A stretch of DNA of 64,000 nt from an uncultured Syntrophaceae bacterium (GTDB lineage Bacteria; Desulfobacterota; Syntrophia; Syntrophales; UBA2185). Positions 9,348 to 16,855 of this stretch are shown piece by piece. Location: the NCBI GenBank assembly GCA_964564625.1, contig CAZMBE010000004.1, positions 51,615-115,614 on the forward strand. Direction: 5' to 3'. The number at the start of each line of letters is the position of its first letter. The first letter of the stretch is position 1. The position numbers and the translations under genes are program-made. A model generated the notes under the pieces. It was not told the origin of the DNA, did not search any database, and saw only the letters and a list, made by a program, of their open reading frames with translations.

Positions 9348-10931
9348 TCACGCAAACAAACTGATAATCCCCAGATACGGTTCATTCACCTCATTACCAT
9401 GGCCCGGCACTGGTTGCTGGAGCAGGATTTCCTCTTTTGTATTTTCCCTTCGTCCTCGCCCATCCTCGAATAGAGCGCCCCCCCACTGATGAAATCCTGG
9501 ATTTTCGGATGATTTTTGCTGGACGAGAACATCAAAACGGTCCATATTCAGCCCCTGGTTCTGGAGGGCTGTCTTCAATTGGTCGAGATTAGAATGTAAT
9601 ACCTGCTTCACATCATGATTATCCGCTATCAGTACCAGCCGGACCATGTCGTTATGAACTTTGACATCCACGTTCAGCGTCCCGAGGTTGGGGGGTTCCA
9701 GTTTGATCACAATCCTGCCAGGACCCTGCTTCAACATCTTTGCGGTACCGTCCTCAATCTGATCCATAATATCCTGGAACAGAAGAGGAGTGACAATACC
9801 TCCATCCGTATTTACCCCTGAACCAAAATTCGCAATACCTTTCAGGCCTGAGAAATCAGCCTGAGCCGTCCACTGCGAAGTATCAGATTTCGATACCAAG
9901 ATATCATTCAGACTTCTCTCTACAGACTTCTCTGTTTGCGGCCCATCTGAGAAAAAGGTTTTATGTACATGCATTTTTTCATCTTCTTGGTTTACCGTAT
10001 TCGTTGTAATTGTGCTTTCTCTTCCGCTTTCCGGCTTAAGTGAACTACTTTTTGTTACCATTTCATGTTCTTTTATATTTGATGAAGCCTTGTGAGCCAT
10101 CACTCCCTTGATCTCGAACCCTTTGGAAAGGCCCATATCACCCTGAGACCTTCGGTCTTCGCCTCTATTACCATCGCGATTCTGTTTCATATCATCCGGT
10201 ATATCCATTTTGCCGTTGATAATCTCCTTGACACCATCGTCTATGGTAGGATTTACATCGGGTTGAGTTTCATTCTCTATGGGGATTGACTCCCTGGAGA
10301 CTGCTTTTTTCATACCTATTGCCGCAGGAATATCCTTTAATAATGATACTGTTTCACCAGGTTCTGACGCGGATTCATTGTGAGCAGAATCGCTGCGCTG
10401 ACCATGCATCGCCTTCGTGAGATCCTTTGTACGCTCCTTATCAACACTTCGTTCACTCTCCAAAACCTGAGAGTTTCCCAATTTACCAAGAAAGATTTTC
10501 TTTTGTGTTTTTTCATCCAGGACAACTTTCAATGATGTGACTTCGGCAGATTTCTTCTCTGTTTTGTCAAGAGGAAAATCCTTTGCAAGCGTCACAGCCT
10601 CATTACCGGCGATTTTTTCTTCCTTCTTTATCACATTGTTTTTCCCGGCTTTAATGCTCGTGTTCCCCAGCAATACTTTTTCCACTTCATTTTTCACGCT
10701 GGGCAATCTCCCCTTGTTGAGTACGGAACCCGATTTTCCTTCACCTTTTTTCCCAGTTGATAGAATCGTCCCGCTTTTTTCCAGTACAGTGGCAAATGAA
10801 CCCAGTCCTCCCATAAGATCGAGAATGTTTTTCCCTTTTGTCCGTTTTTTGATAGTTTTGGCCACACCCTTGGACGGCGACGTATCTTGAACCGCATCGC
10901 TTAAAATCAATTTTGTTAATGAATGGTCCAT
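9348..10931 (-). CDS. fliK: Flagellar hook-length control protein FliK
   Basis: Long, low-complexity, polar N-region with a C-terminal Flg_hook-type domain (GRIVIKLEPPNLGTLNVDVKVHNDMVRLVLIADNHDVKQVLHSNLDQLKTALQNQGL). Position before flgD. The ATG at 10931 (MDHSLTK...) is preferred because it has a GGAGAA RBS and because a sigma-54 promoter lies inside the longer track ORF (to 11003). Confidence 0.78.
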   Translation of the reverse strand: MDHSLTKLILSDAVQDTSPSKGVAKTIKKRTKGKNILDLMGGLGSFATVLEKSGTILSTGKKGEGKSGSVLNKGRLPSVKNEVEKVLLGNTSIKAGKNNVIKKEEKIAGNEAVTLAKDFPLDKTEKKSAEVTSLKVVLDEKTQKKIFLGKLGNSQVLESERSVDKERTKDLTKAMHGQRSDSAHNESASEPGETVSLLKDIPAAIGMKKAVSRESIPIENETQPDVNPTIDDGVKEIINGKMDIPDDMKQNRDGNRGEDRRSQGDMGLSKGFEIKGVMAHKASSNIKEHEMVTKSSSLKPESGRESTITTNTVNQEDEKMHVHKTFFSDGPQTEKSVERSLNDILVSKSDTSQWTAQADFSGLKGIANFGSGVNTDGGIVTPLLFQDIMDQIEDGTAKMLKQGPGRIVIKLEPPNLGTLNVDVKVHNDMVRLVLIADNHDVKQVLHSNLDQLKTALQNQGLNMDRFDVLVQQKSSENPGFHQWGGALFEDGRGRRENTKEEILLQQPVPGHGNEVNEPYLGIISLFA

Positions 10932-10963
10932 TCCATTCTCCGCGATTTTTTTACATGGGTAAG

Positions 10964-10979
10964 AGCAAGAGACATGCCA
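10964..10979 (-). promoter_or_regulatory. Sigma-54 (-24/-12) promoter upstream of fliK
   Basis: The minus strand reads TGGCATGTCTCTTGCT, with exact GG-N10-GC spacing. The GC element is about 34 nt upstream of the ATG at 10931. Confidence 0.72.
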
Positions 10980-11163
10980 CGGGATTTGCAAATTAAAACG
11001 CATTATTTTTCCATAGGTTACAAAGAAAAGGAATTTACGAGGATCTCAAAGAGGCAAATATTGCCGCCTGTATCAAAATGAATCTGATAAAAAATACCTG
11101 TGTCTTTTTTCTTCCAGCACTCAGCAGACATGCACCTACCAGTCCACAACCGCAGGGCACCTT

Positions 11164-11200
11164 AAAAAAAAAGGCGATTGGAGAACAAACTCCAACCGCC
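11164..11200 (-). terminator. Rho-independent terminator (T2)
   Basis: The minus strand reads GGCGGTTGGAG-tttgtt-CTCCAATCGCC followed by nine T. The stem is 11 bp. Its one imperfect pair is G.U on the minus strand and A.C on the plus strand. Confidence 0.82.
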
Positions 11201-11372
11201 GGTAATGCTCAATTGGCAATTGTTAGCTTAAATTTTCAAGATCAAAGATTAGCCCCCAATACTCAACACATTTGTTCTTAACCAACAAGATCTCAGATTT
11301 CGCACAGTTCACCTCTTACTAAATAATAACACTTAGTACAAAACTTAAGAATTACTGGTAGAAATATGCATG

Positions 11373-11403
11373 AAAAGGCAGAATCAATTTGACTCTGCCT
11401 TTC
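11373..11403 (-). terminator. Rho-independent terminator (T1), about 50 nt after the crystallin-like gene
   Basis: The minus strand reads AAAGGCAGA-gtcaaattgat-TCTGCCTTTTC. The GC-containing stem is 6-9 bp, followed by a U-rich tail. Confidence 0.55.
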
Positions 11404-11450
11404 TGTGTCCATTCTTATTTTGTAAGTCTACTATCTGCCTTTAATTTCAA

Positions 11451-13010
11451 TCATCGCCTCTGCACCGGCATACGTACAGTAGGAGTTTGTGTCGGTGTAC
11501 GAGAGGGGGTGGGTAGCATTTTAATAGGGGAATTGTCAATGATTTCGATCGATGAAACTTTATTTTCGAGTTGATAATTTGATAGCTGAAAAGTGTGTGA
11601 GGAGCTGCCTCCCGGGAGGGTAATGCACTTACCGGTAAACTTTTGGTTTTCACAGATTCTGACCACTACTTGGTTGTGAATGGGATGATTCAAATTATCT
11701 GGCCAGATATGGATGACATCGGCAGCGTTGTCTAATGCTTTATACTCGATCCCCCAGAACGAGTTTTTTCGTACTGCCATCAACTCATGTTGTGGGAAGA
11801 AGCGTGCAAAACCCATATCGCTTGTATCCTCAAGTAGGGCGCCCACCGGAAATTTCCACTCTTTGGGAAAGATGATGAGAGACCGTGCTTTGTCGTTATA
11901 TTTGAATATTGAAGATAAATTATTTATGGATTGGAGGGTCACGTAACTCTTTCCACCCTTGTCGATATAAAACTTGTAATAAGTCCAAAACGCCACACCA
12001 ACATTTGCCCCCACTTGGATTGATAATGTCTTGTTTATGAGGGTGTCAGGTACCTCGTAGACAAGTTTCTGACGCATGCCCGGCTCAAGCTTGTAACTCG
12101 CTTTATTCCCCCCGTAGTTGACATTCTCCCAAAGAGCAACTTCGTTCACAGCGATAGGTGGAGGGGCTTTCTGCACCTGTGTACGTGCAGGGGGAACCGG
12201 TTTAACAACGGTGGTGGGCTGCTTTATACTCACAGTCACAGGGGTGTGAATAACCTGGAGCGATGCTACTTTATTTTCGAATTGATAATCGGAGAGCTTA
12301 AAATCTTGTATGATGCCGCCTCCCGGACCGGGGATGGTGATACACTTACCGCCGAAATTCTTCTGTTCGCAGAGTTTGACAGATACTTGCTTGAAAACGG
12401 GATGCAAAGAATCCGGCCTCACATGGGCATCGGTATTATTGTTTATAAATTCGTACCCGATATCGGGGAAAGGGGCAACTCGATCCGTCATTTTCTCTGG
12501 TGCCGGGTAGAACTTTCCTAATGGCACCTCAATTTTTTTTCCATCCCATGAGTCGAGCAAATATTTTCCTATAATCAAGACGCCCATCGGATATTTCCAC
12601 TCTTTGGGGAAGATAATGAGAGACATTATTTTGTCGTGATATGTGGGCATTACAGATAGATTATTTATGGATTGGAAGGTTGCGTTCCCGTCACCATAGA
12701 AATCATAACTATTCCAAAATGCCACACCTACATTTGCCCCTACCTGGATCGATGAGATTTTTCCCGCCAGAGGATTAGGGATAAAGCGTACAATCTTCTG
12801 GCGCATACCCGGCTCGAGCGTGTAAATCAACTGATCTCCCACGTAGTTGATATGCTCGTACACGGCAACTTGGTTCGCAGCGGGAGCTTTTTGCGCACCC
12901 AAGGGGGGAGTAAGAATGACTTGAAGAAGCCCGCTTACGGCTATTACAAGGCTCCAATAAAGAAGATTCTTTACATACCGATTTGTTATATTTTGACTTA
13001 CAACTCCCAT
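11451..13010 (-). CDS. Secreted protein with an internal ~245-aa tandem duplication; each half carries beta/gamma-crystallin-like (Greek-key) segments
   Basis: The start is reassigned to the ATG at 13010, which has AAGGAGG 6 nt upstream. The track start is a GTG at 13073. The signal peptide is MGVVSQNITNRYVKNLLYWSLVIAVSGLLQVILTPPLGAQ. The two halves align: VAVYEHINYVGDQ...SIQVGANVGVAFW...SLIIFPKEWKYP...VKLCEQKNFGGKCITIPG...NKVASLQVI versus VALWENVNYGGNK...SIQVGANVGVAFW...SLIIFPKEWKFP...VRICENQKFTGKCITLPG...NKVSSIEII. The domain-family call is pattern recognition only. Confidence 0.8.
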   Translation of the reverse strand: MGVVSQNITNRYVKNLLYWSLVIAVSGLLQVILTPPLGAQKAPAANQVAVYEHINYVGDQLIYTLEPGMRQKIVRFIPNPLAGKISSIQVGANVGVAFWNSYDFYGDGNATFQSINNLSVMPTYHDKIMSLIIFPKEWKYPMGVLIIGKYLLDSWDGKKIEVPLGKFYPAPEKMTDRVAPFPDIGYEFINNNTDAHVRPDSLHPVFKQVSVKLCEQKNFGGKCITIPGPGGGIIQDFKLSDYQFENKVASLQVIHTPVTVSIKQPTTVVKPVPPARTQVQKAPPPIAVNEVALWENVNYGGNKASYKLEPGMRQKLVYEVPDTLINKTLSIQVGANVGVAFWTYYKFYIDKGGKSYVTLQSINNLSSIFKYNDKARSLIIFPKEWKFPVGALLEDTSDMGFARFFPQHELMAVRKNSFWGIEYKALDNAADVIHIWPDNLNHPIHNQVVVRICENQKFTGKCITLPGGSSSHTFQLSNYQLENKVSSIEIIDNSPIKMLPTPSRTPTQTPTVRMPVQRR

Positions 13011-13103
13011 GACACCCTCCTTATTTGAATATATGGCAGGCTCCCATTGGTCATATTCAAGGTTTCCCCTCACCTGGTTTTTTTACCTATTGTTGTATTA
13101 GCG

Positions 13104-13140
13104 AAAAAGCCTCCCGGGAACAAGATATCCCCGTAGAGGC
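13104..13140 (-). terminator. Rho-independent terminator inside the leader of the crystallin-like gene (or the 3' end of an sRNA)
   Basis: The minus strand reads GCCUCUACGGGGAUAUCUUGUUCCCGGGAGGC followed by UUUUU. The stem is 12 bp (two G.U pairs, one bulged A) with a 7-nt loop. It lies 94 nt upstream of the ATG at 13010 and about 95 nt downstream of the predicted start site. Confidence 0.75.
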
Positions 13141-13240
13141 CTTATAGTGGTACCTTTCGGAAGCTCGTCCTCATACTTCACACCAAAAGGATAGATGTCA
13201 GGTTGTGAGATTAATGATAGATAACAAAATTATGTTGTAA

Positions 13241-13269
13241 AATATACTCTTATTGGTATGGACAGTCAA
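13241..13269 (-). promoter_or_regulatory. Sigma-70-like promoter (TTGACT-N17-TATATT)
   Basis: On the minus strand the -35 TTGACT is at 13269-13264, the spacer is 17 nt, and the -10 TATATT is at 13246-13241. The predicted start site is near 13234. Confidence 0.55.
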
Positions 13270-13577
13270 GGGAGGAAATTCCATCCCACAGTTTGCCCCA
13301 CATCGCTAAGTTGCATTTGAAACATTGCATTCTGAAGGAAATGGCAAAAAACAATAGTTCAGGAAGATAGGGAGAAATGAACAAGAATCATTCTTTTCGA
13401 TATCCGCCTTTCGTCATAACTCAACATGTTTCCTGAAATCAACGTCATTCCAGAGCGACACAAGGTTGCCCAGATGGAAACATTGAATAAATCAACAGAT
13501 GAAGCAAGATATTCAGTGCATGCTGAGTTTGATGATTGACTATATGTGTTTTTGGTACGTGTTCAACAAGAATTAGT

Positions 13578-13761
13578 GAGGAGCTGTCACGGAGTAGCTA
13601 TTGCGTTAAGGCGCTCAGATTGGGGTCAAATTTGGCTGATCTGATTGAGCAAAACCGTGGGAATAGCAGCGCTATTTTGAGGATTTTGCAATTGAGGATC
13701 TGGCAAAGATGGCCTGAAGATGAGATGCATGAAGGTAATAGCTATTCCGTGACAGTTCCTC
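13578..13761. repeat. 25-bp long-range inverted repeat (arms 13578-13602 and 13737-13761) enclosing 134 nt
   Basis: Of 25 positions, 23 are Watson-Crick pairs. The other two are G.T when read on the plus strand and C.A on the minus strand. The right arm ends 2 nt from the stop codon of the ylxF-like gene. AATAGC/GCTATT palindromic motifs recur at 13596-13602, 13661-13675 and 13737-13746. Confidence 0.8.
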
Positions 13762-13762
13762 C

Positions 13763-14344
13763 TTACATTCTGATAATGGTCTTCGCGATTTCCACGGCTT
13801 TTACGGGATCAAGGTAACCCCATAGAATGCCTGCTTTCTTGTTATTCATCTGCATGATGATTGTGGCTGCCGTCTTATTATCCATCTTATTGAACAGGTC
13901 ACCCACTTTCTCGGGGGGAGTAGCTTCGTACGCCTTGGCCAGATCCTTGAATTTTTTCTTATCTTCCTTGACGTCCGATTCTTGAGGAGCGGGTATATTT
14001 TCTTCCAGGCTCCGAAGCTTTGCCACTTTGGCAGTTATTTCCTTTTTCAGAGAATTAATTTTTTGTTCTTCGTATTTAACATAATTTTCTCTGTTTTCAA
14101 TCTGCTTCCGTCTATCTTCCAGAGAAATCATCAGACTCCTTTCATCACTCAAAGCATCTTCAAACACATCTCTTACCTTGGTGCCATCGGTTCTTTGTGG
14201 AGATGGTTCAGCCAGGGCATGGTCAGCAAACCAGGATGAAGAACCAGAATTTTCCGACTGTTTTACAATTTCACCTATGACAAAGAGTTTCACTATAACT
14301 ATGAATACAAAAAGAACCTCAAAAACAATAATTACTTTCTTCAT
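13763..14344 (-). CDS. Flagellar operon protein with an MgtE_N-type domain (B. subtilis YlxF-like)
   Basis: 193 aa with an N-terminal TM segment and a coiled coil. The C-terminus reads DLAKAYEATPPEKVGDLFNKMDNKTAATIIMQMNNKKAGILWGYLDPVKAVEIA. It sits directly after fliJ, as ylxF does in fla/che. The start overlaps the fliJ stop (TAATG). Confidence 0.72.
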   Translation of the reverse strand: MKKVIIVFEVLFVFIVIVKLFVIGEIVKQSENSGSSSWFADHALAEPSPQRTDGTKVRDVFEDALSDERSLMISLEDRRKQIENRENYVKYEEQKINSLKKEITAKVAKLRSLEENIPAPQESDVKEDKKKFKDLAKAYEATPPEKVGDLFNKMDNKTAATIIMQMNNKKAGILWGYLDPVKAVEIAKTIIRM

Positions 14345-14835
14345 TATTTCACACCATTACCAAATTTCATTATTGCAAGATCGTCCTGTTCTTTGCGGTC
14401 TTTCGCAGCCATGTCTTCGAGATATGTAACCATTTTTTTTTCTCGCAATGTATCCATGACTTTTCTTTTTTTCATGGCATCCAGGAGCAAAAGTCTTTTT
14501 TCATTTGCCTCTTCTTCCATTGTGCGAATGACGGTCATCTGTTTTTCTTCTTTCCCTTTCAGGTATTCAATGAAGGCATAATGCCGCTGTATCACATCAG
14601 CACGTAAGGCTTTCCCCTGAATTTTTGTGAAATTACGGATCAGTTCATTCCTTTCTTTCTGTAATTCAACCAAAACGATCCTGGCCGACTGCAGACATTT
14701 TACTGCATTTGAGAATGCAAGCTGACACTGCTCTTCTATTTGCACCCTGTAATCTAGAACTGCTTCCATATCAAATTTGAACACGTGTACATTCCTATTC
14801 AAACAGGCCGAACATGTCTCGTTTGCTTTCTTCAA
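14344..14835 (-). CDS. fliJ: Flagellar export chaperone FliJ (start uncertain)
   Basis: Coiled-coil protein after fliI. The FKFDMEAVLDYRVQIEEQ motif is typical of a FliJ N-terminus. The track ORF overlaps fliI by 41 nt. A GTG at 14787, just after the fliI stop, is an alternative start. Confidence 0.7.
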   Translation of the reverse strand: MKKANETCSACLNRNVHVFKFDMEAVLDYRVQIEEQCQLAFSNAVKCLQSARIVLVELQKERNELIRNFTKIQGKALRADVIQRHYAFIEYLKGKEEKQMTVIRTMEEEANEKRLLLLDAMKKRKVMDTLREKKMVTYLEDMAAKDRKEQDDLAIMKFGNGVK

Positions 14836-16129
14836 AACTCACTTTATCATCAATACCCTGCGTTAAAAAGGCATTTACCTTGCCGATCATATCAATGGCT
14901 AAATCCACTTCCGGATTACTACCCTTCACATAGGCGCCTATATTTATAAGGTCTTCCGTTTTTCTGTAGGTTGCCAGAATATTTGATATATGCCCGGCTT
15001 TCCCTTTGTGTTCGTCATCCACAACATCAATCATAACCCTGCTGATGCTTTTCAGGACATCCACTGCCGGATAATGATTCTTTGCCGCCAAGAGGCGGGA
15101 AAGAACGACATGACCATCGAGAATAGATCTTGCTGCATCTGCGATGGGCTCATCAAAGTCATCGCCCTCAACGAGGATTGTGTAAAGACCCGTAATGCTT
15201 CCCTTGCCCTCTACGGCGCCAACTCTTTCAAGAAGTTTCGGCATCAAGCTGAAAACCGAGGGTGTATATCCCTTTGTCGTCGGCGGCTCTCCAACGGAAA
15301 GACCGACTTCCCGCTGCGCCATGGCAAACCTCGTCAGAGAATCTACCATAAGGAGCACATCATTGCCCTGATCCCGGAAATACTCTGCAATAGATGTTGC
15401 AACATATGCCGCTCTCATCCTTATGATGGGATGAGTATCTGAGGTGGCAACAACAACAACGGATCTTTCCAACCCCTTTTTACCGAGATTCTTTTCGAGG
15501 AATTCGCGGACTTCCCGACCCCTCTCACCGATGAGACCTATAACATTTACATCGGCCTGGGTGTTTTTTGCTATCATACCCAGGAGAACACTTTTGCCCA
15601 CACCGGAACCGGAGAAAACCCCCATTTTCTGCCCTTTACCGCAGGTGAGCAACGCATTGATAACCCTTATACCCAGATCCATTACCTCCGTTACCCTCTT
15701 TCTCCGTAAAGGATTAATAGGACTGAAATATATGGGATATTCTGTATGGTATTCAACAGGCCCTTTACCGTCAATGGGATTTCCCATCCCGTCGATCACA
15801 CGCCCCAGTAAACCTCGGCCTACTTTGATATCTGCCTTTTTCCCAAGCGAAACAATTTTACAGCCTGGTCCTACACCACGGCTGCCTTCAAGAGGCATCA
15901 TGAGAACCTTGCCTGCTTTGAAGCCTACAACCTCCGCACTGAGTGTTTCGCCGTTTCCGTTGGCGTATATTTCACACATTTCTCCAATAGAAGAACAGGG
16001 GCCTTGACCCTCCACAACCAGGCCGATTATCTGGTTCACTTTCCCATAAATTTTGATGGGCCTTACCTGTTCAATCAGCCGGTGGCATCTTTCAAAATCA
16101 AACATGTTTCTGGCTCTTGCCTCATCCAT
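14795..16129 (-). CDS. fliI: Flagellum-specific ATPase FliI
   Basis: 444 aa. Walker A is GSGVGKS and Walker B is VLLMVDSLTRFA. F1/T3SS ATPase family. Confidence 0.95.
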   Translation of the reverse strand: MDEARARNMFDFERCHRLIEQVRPIKIYGKVNQIIGLVVEGQGPCSSIGEMCEIYANGNGETLSAEVVGFKAGKVLMMPLEGSRGVGPGCKIVSLGKKADIKVGRGLLGRVIDGMGNPIDGKGPVEYHTEYPIYFSPINPLRRKRVTEVMDLGIRVINALLTCGKGQKMGVFSGSGVGKSVLLGMIAKNTQADVNVIGLIGERGREVREFLEKNLGKKGLERSVVVVATSDTHPIIRMRAAYVATSIAEYFRDQGNDVLLMVDSLTRFAMAQREVGLSVGEPPTTKGYTPSVFSLMPKLLERVGAVEGKGSITGLYTILVEGDDFDEPIADAARSILDGHVVLSRLLAAKNHYPAVDVLKSISRVMIDVVDDEHKGKAGHISNILATYRKTEDLINIGAYVKGSNPEVDLAIDMIGKVNAFLTQGIDDKVSFEESKRDMFGLFE

Positions 16130-16147
16130 GGTTATTCCGCATAGAAC

Positions 16148-16855
16148 TCACCGCGTGCCCGATACGGCTTTTTTGATCTCGTCAAGTTGCTGCTCCAATC
16201 GTGCATCTACCTCGCCGGATGATGTTTCTATCACGACCCCACCCATTCTTATGGCATTGTCTTCGACAATAGTCATATTTCTGATATCATCAAAACTGTC
16301 AATAAATCCTGGATTTACCTCTATAATATACCGATAATCCTCAGGGTTAAGCCTAATCCTGATACCTTCCTTATCAAGTACCTGTTGTATTGCACTTTTG
16401 AGAACACTATGAATGATATCTCTGTTTGTGGAAACCTCCTGGCTGATGACCTTTTCAGAAATAGAAAAAACAAGGTTTAATATCTTATCTTCATTGTTCT
16501 CCAGAATTTCCTTTTTCAGCTTATCCATTTCTCTTAGTGTGTTCACAAGGGACTCTGTGGCCTGAAATAATCTTTTCTTCTCATCTTCCGTACCCTTCCT
16601 TATCCCTTCTTTATATCCTTTCTCATACGCTTCCTTCTTCGTGTTCTCTATGTGTAATACACTTTCAGTTCCCGCCGGATCATTTCCTGACGGTTCCTTT
16701 TCCCCAACGCTTGTACGGACATCTTTCTTCCCTCTGGAATATAACCGCACAAACTCCGAAGCCTTACATATGGCCGGATTTACCAGCTCTATGTTTTCAG
16801 ATTTGATGACCTTGTCAGACAAATTGGTCACCCCCCTCACCGCGAGCAATGACAA
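16148..16855 (-). CDS. fliH: Flagellar assembly protein FliH
   Basis: 235 aa. The charged central region and the C-terminus (IRIRLNPEDYRYI...GGVVIETSSGEVDARLEQQLDEI) are typical of FliH. Sits between fliG and fliI. Confidence 0.75.
   Translation of the reverse strand: MSLLAVRGVTNLSDKVIKSENIELVNPAICKASEFVRLYSRGKKDVRTSVGEKEPSGNDPAGTESVLHIENTKKEAYEKGYKEGIRKGTEDEKKRLFQATESLVNTLREMDKLKKEILENNEDKILNLVFSISEKVISQEVSTNRDIIHSVLKSAIQQVLDKEGIRIRLNPEDYRYIIEVNPGFIDSFDDIRNMTIVEDNAIRMGGVVIETSSGEVDARLEQQLDEIKKAVSGTR

Noticed and set aside
11051-11070. Sigma-54-like sequence GGCGGCAATATTTGC (minus strand) upstream of fliK
   Set aside because: The GG-to-GC spacing is off by one or two nucleotides in either register. 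The properly spaced TGGCATGTCTCTTGCT at 10964-10979 is a far better candidate.
13281-13300. GGGGCAAAC on the minus strand, resembling the GGGCAAAC core of c-di-GMP-I (GEMM) riboswitches
   Set aside because: The rest of the GEMM-I consensus is absent: the GAAA tetraloop hairpin followed by GACGCAAAGC, and the receptor hairpin. The motif also lies upstream of the predicted -35 element, so it would not be in the leader transcript.
13570-13770. Interpreting the 25-bp inverted repeat as a classical MITE with target-site duplication
   Set aside because: I could not find a direct repeat flanking the two arms (left flank ...attagt, right flank cttaca...). Copy number cannot be assessed from one window. 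This is kept as an alternative hypothesis only.
13536-13817. 93-aa plus-strand ORF spanning the inverted-repeat element
   Set aside because: It has no RBS, it runs into the antisense of the ylxF-like gene, and its composition resembles the surrounding non-coding DNA. The region is better explained by the 25-bp inverted repeat. Small minus-strand ORFs here (19-34 codons) also lack SD sequences.
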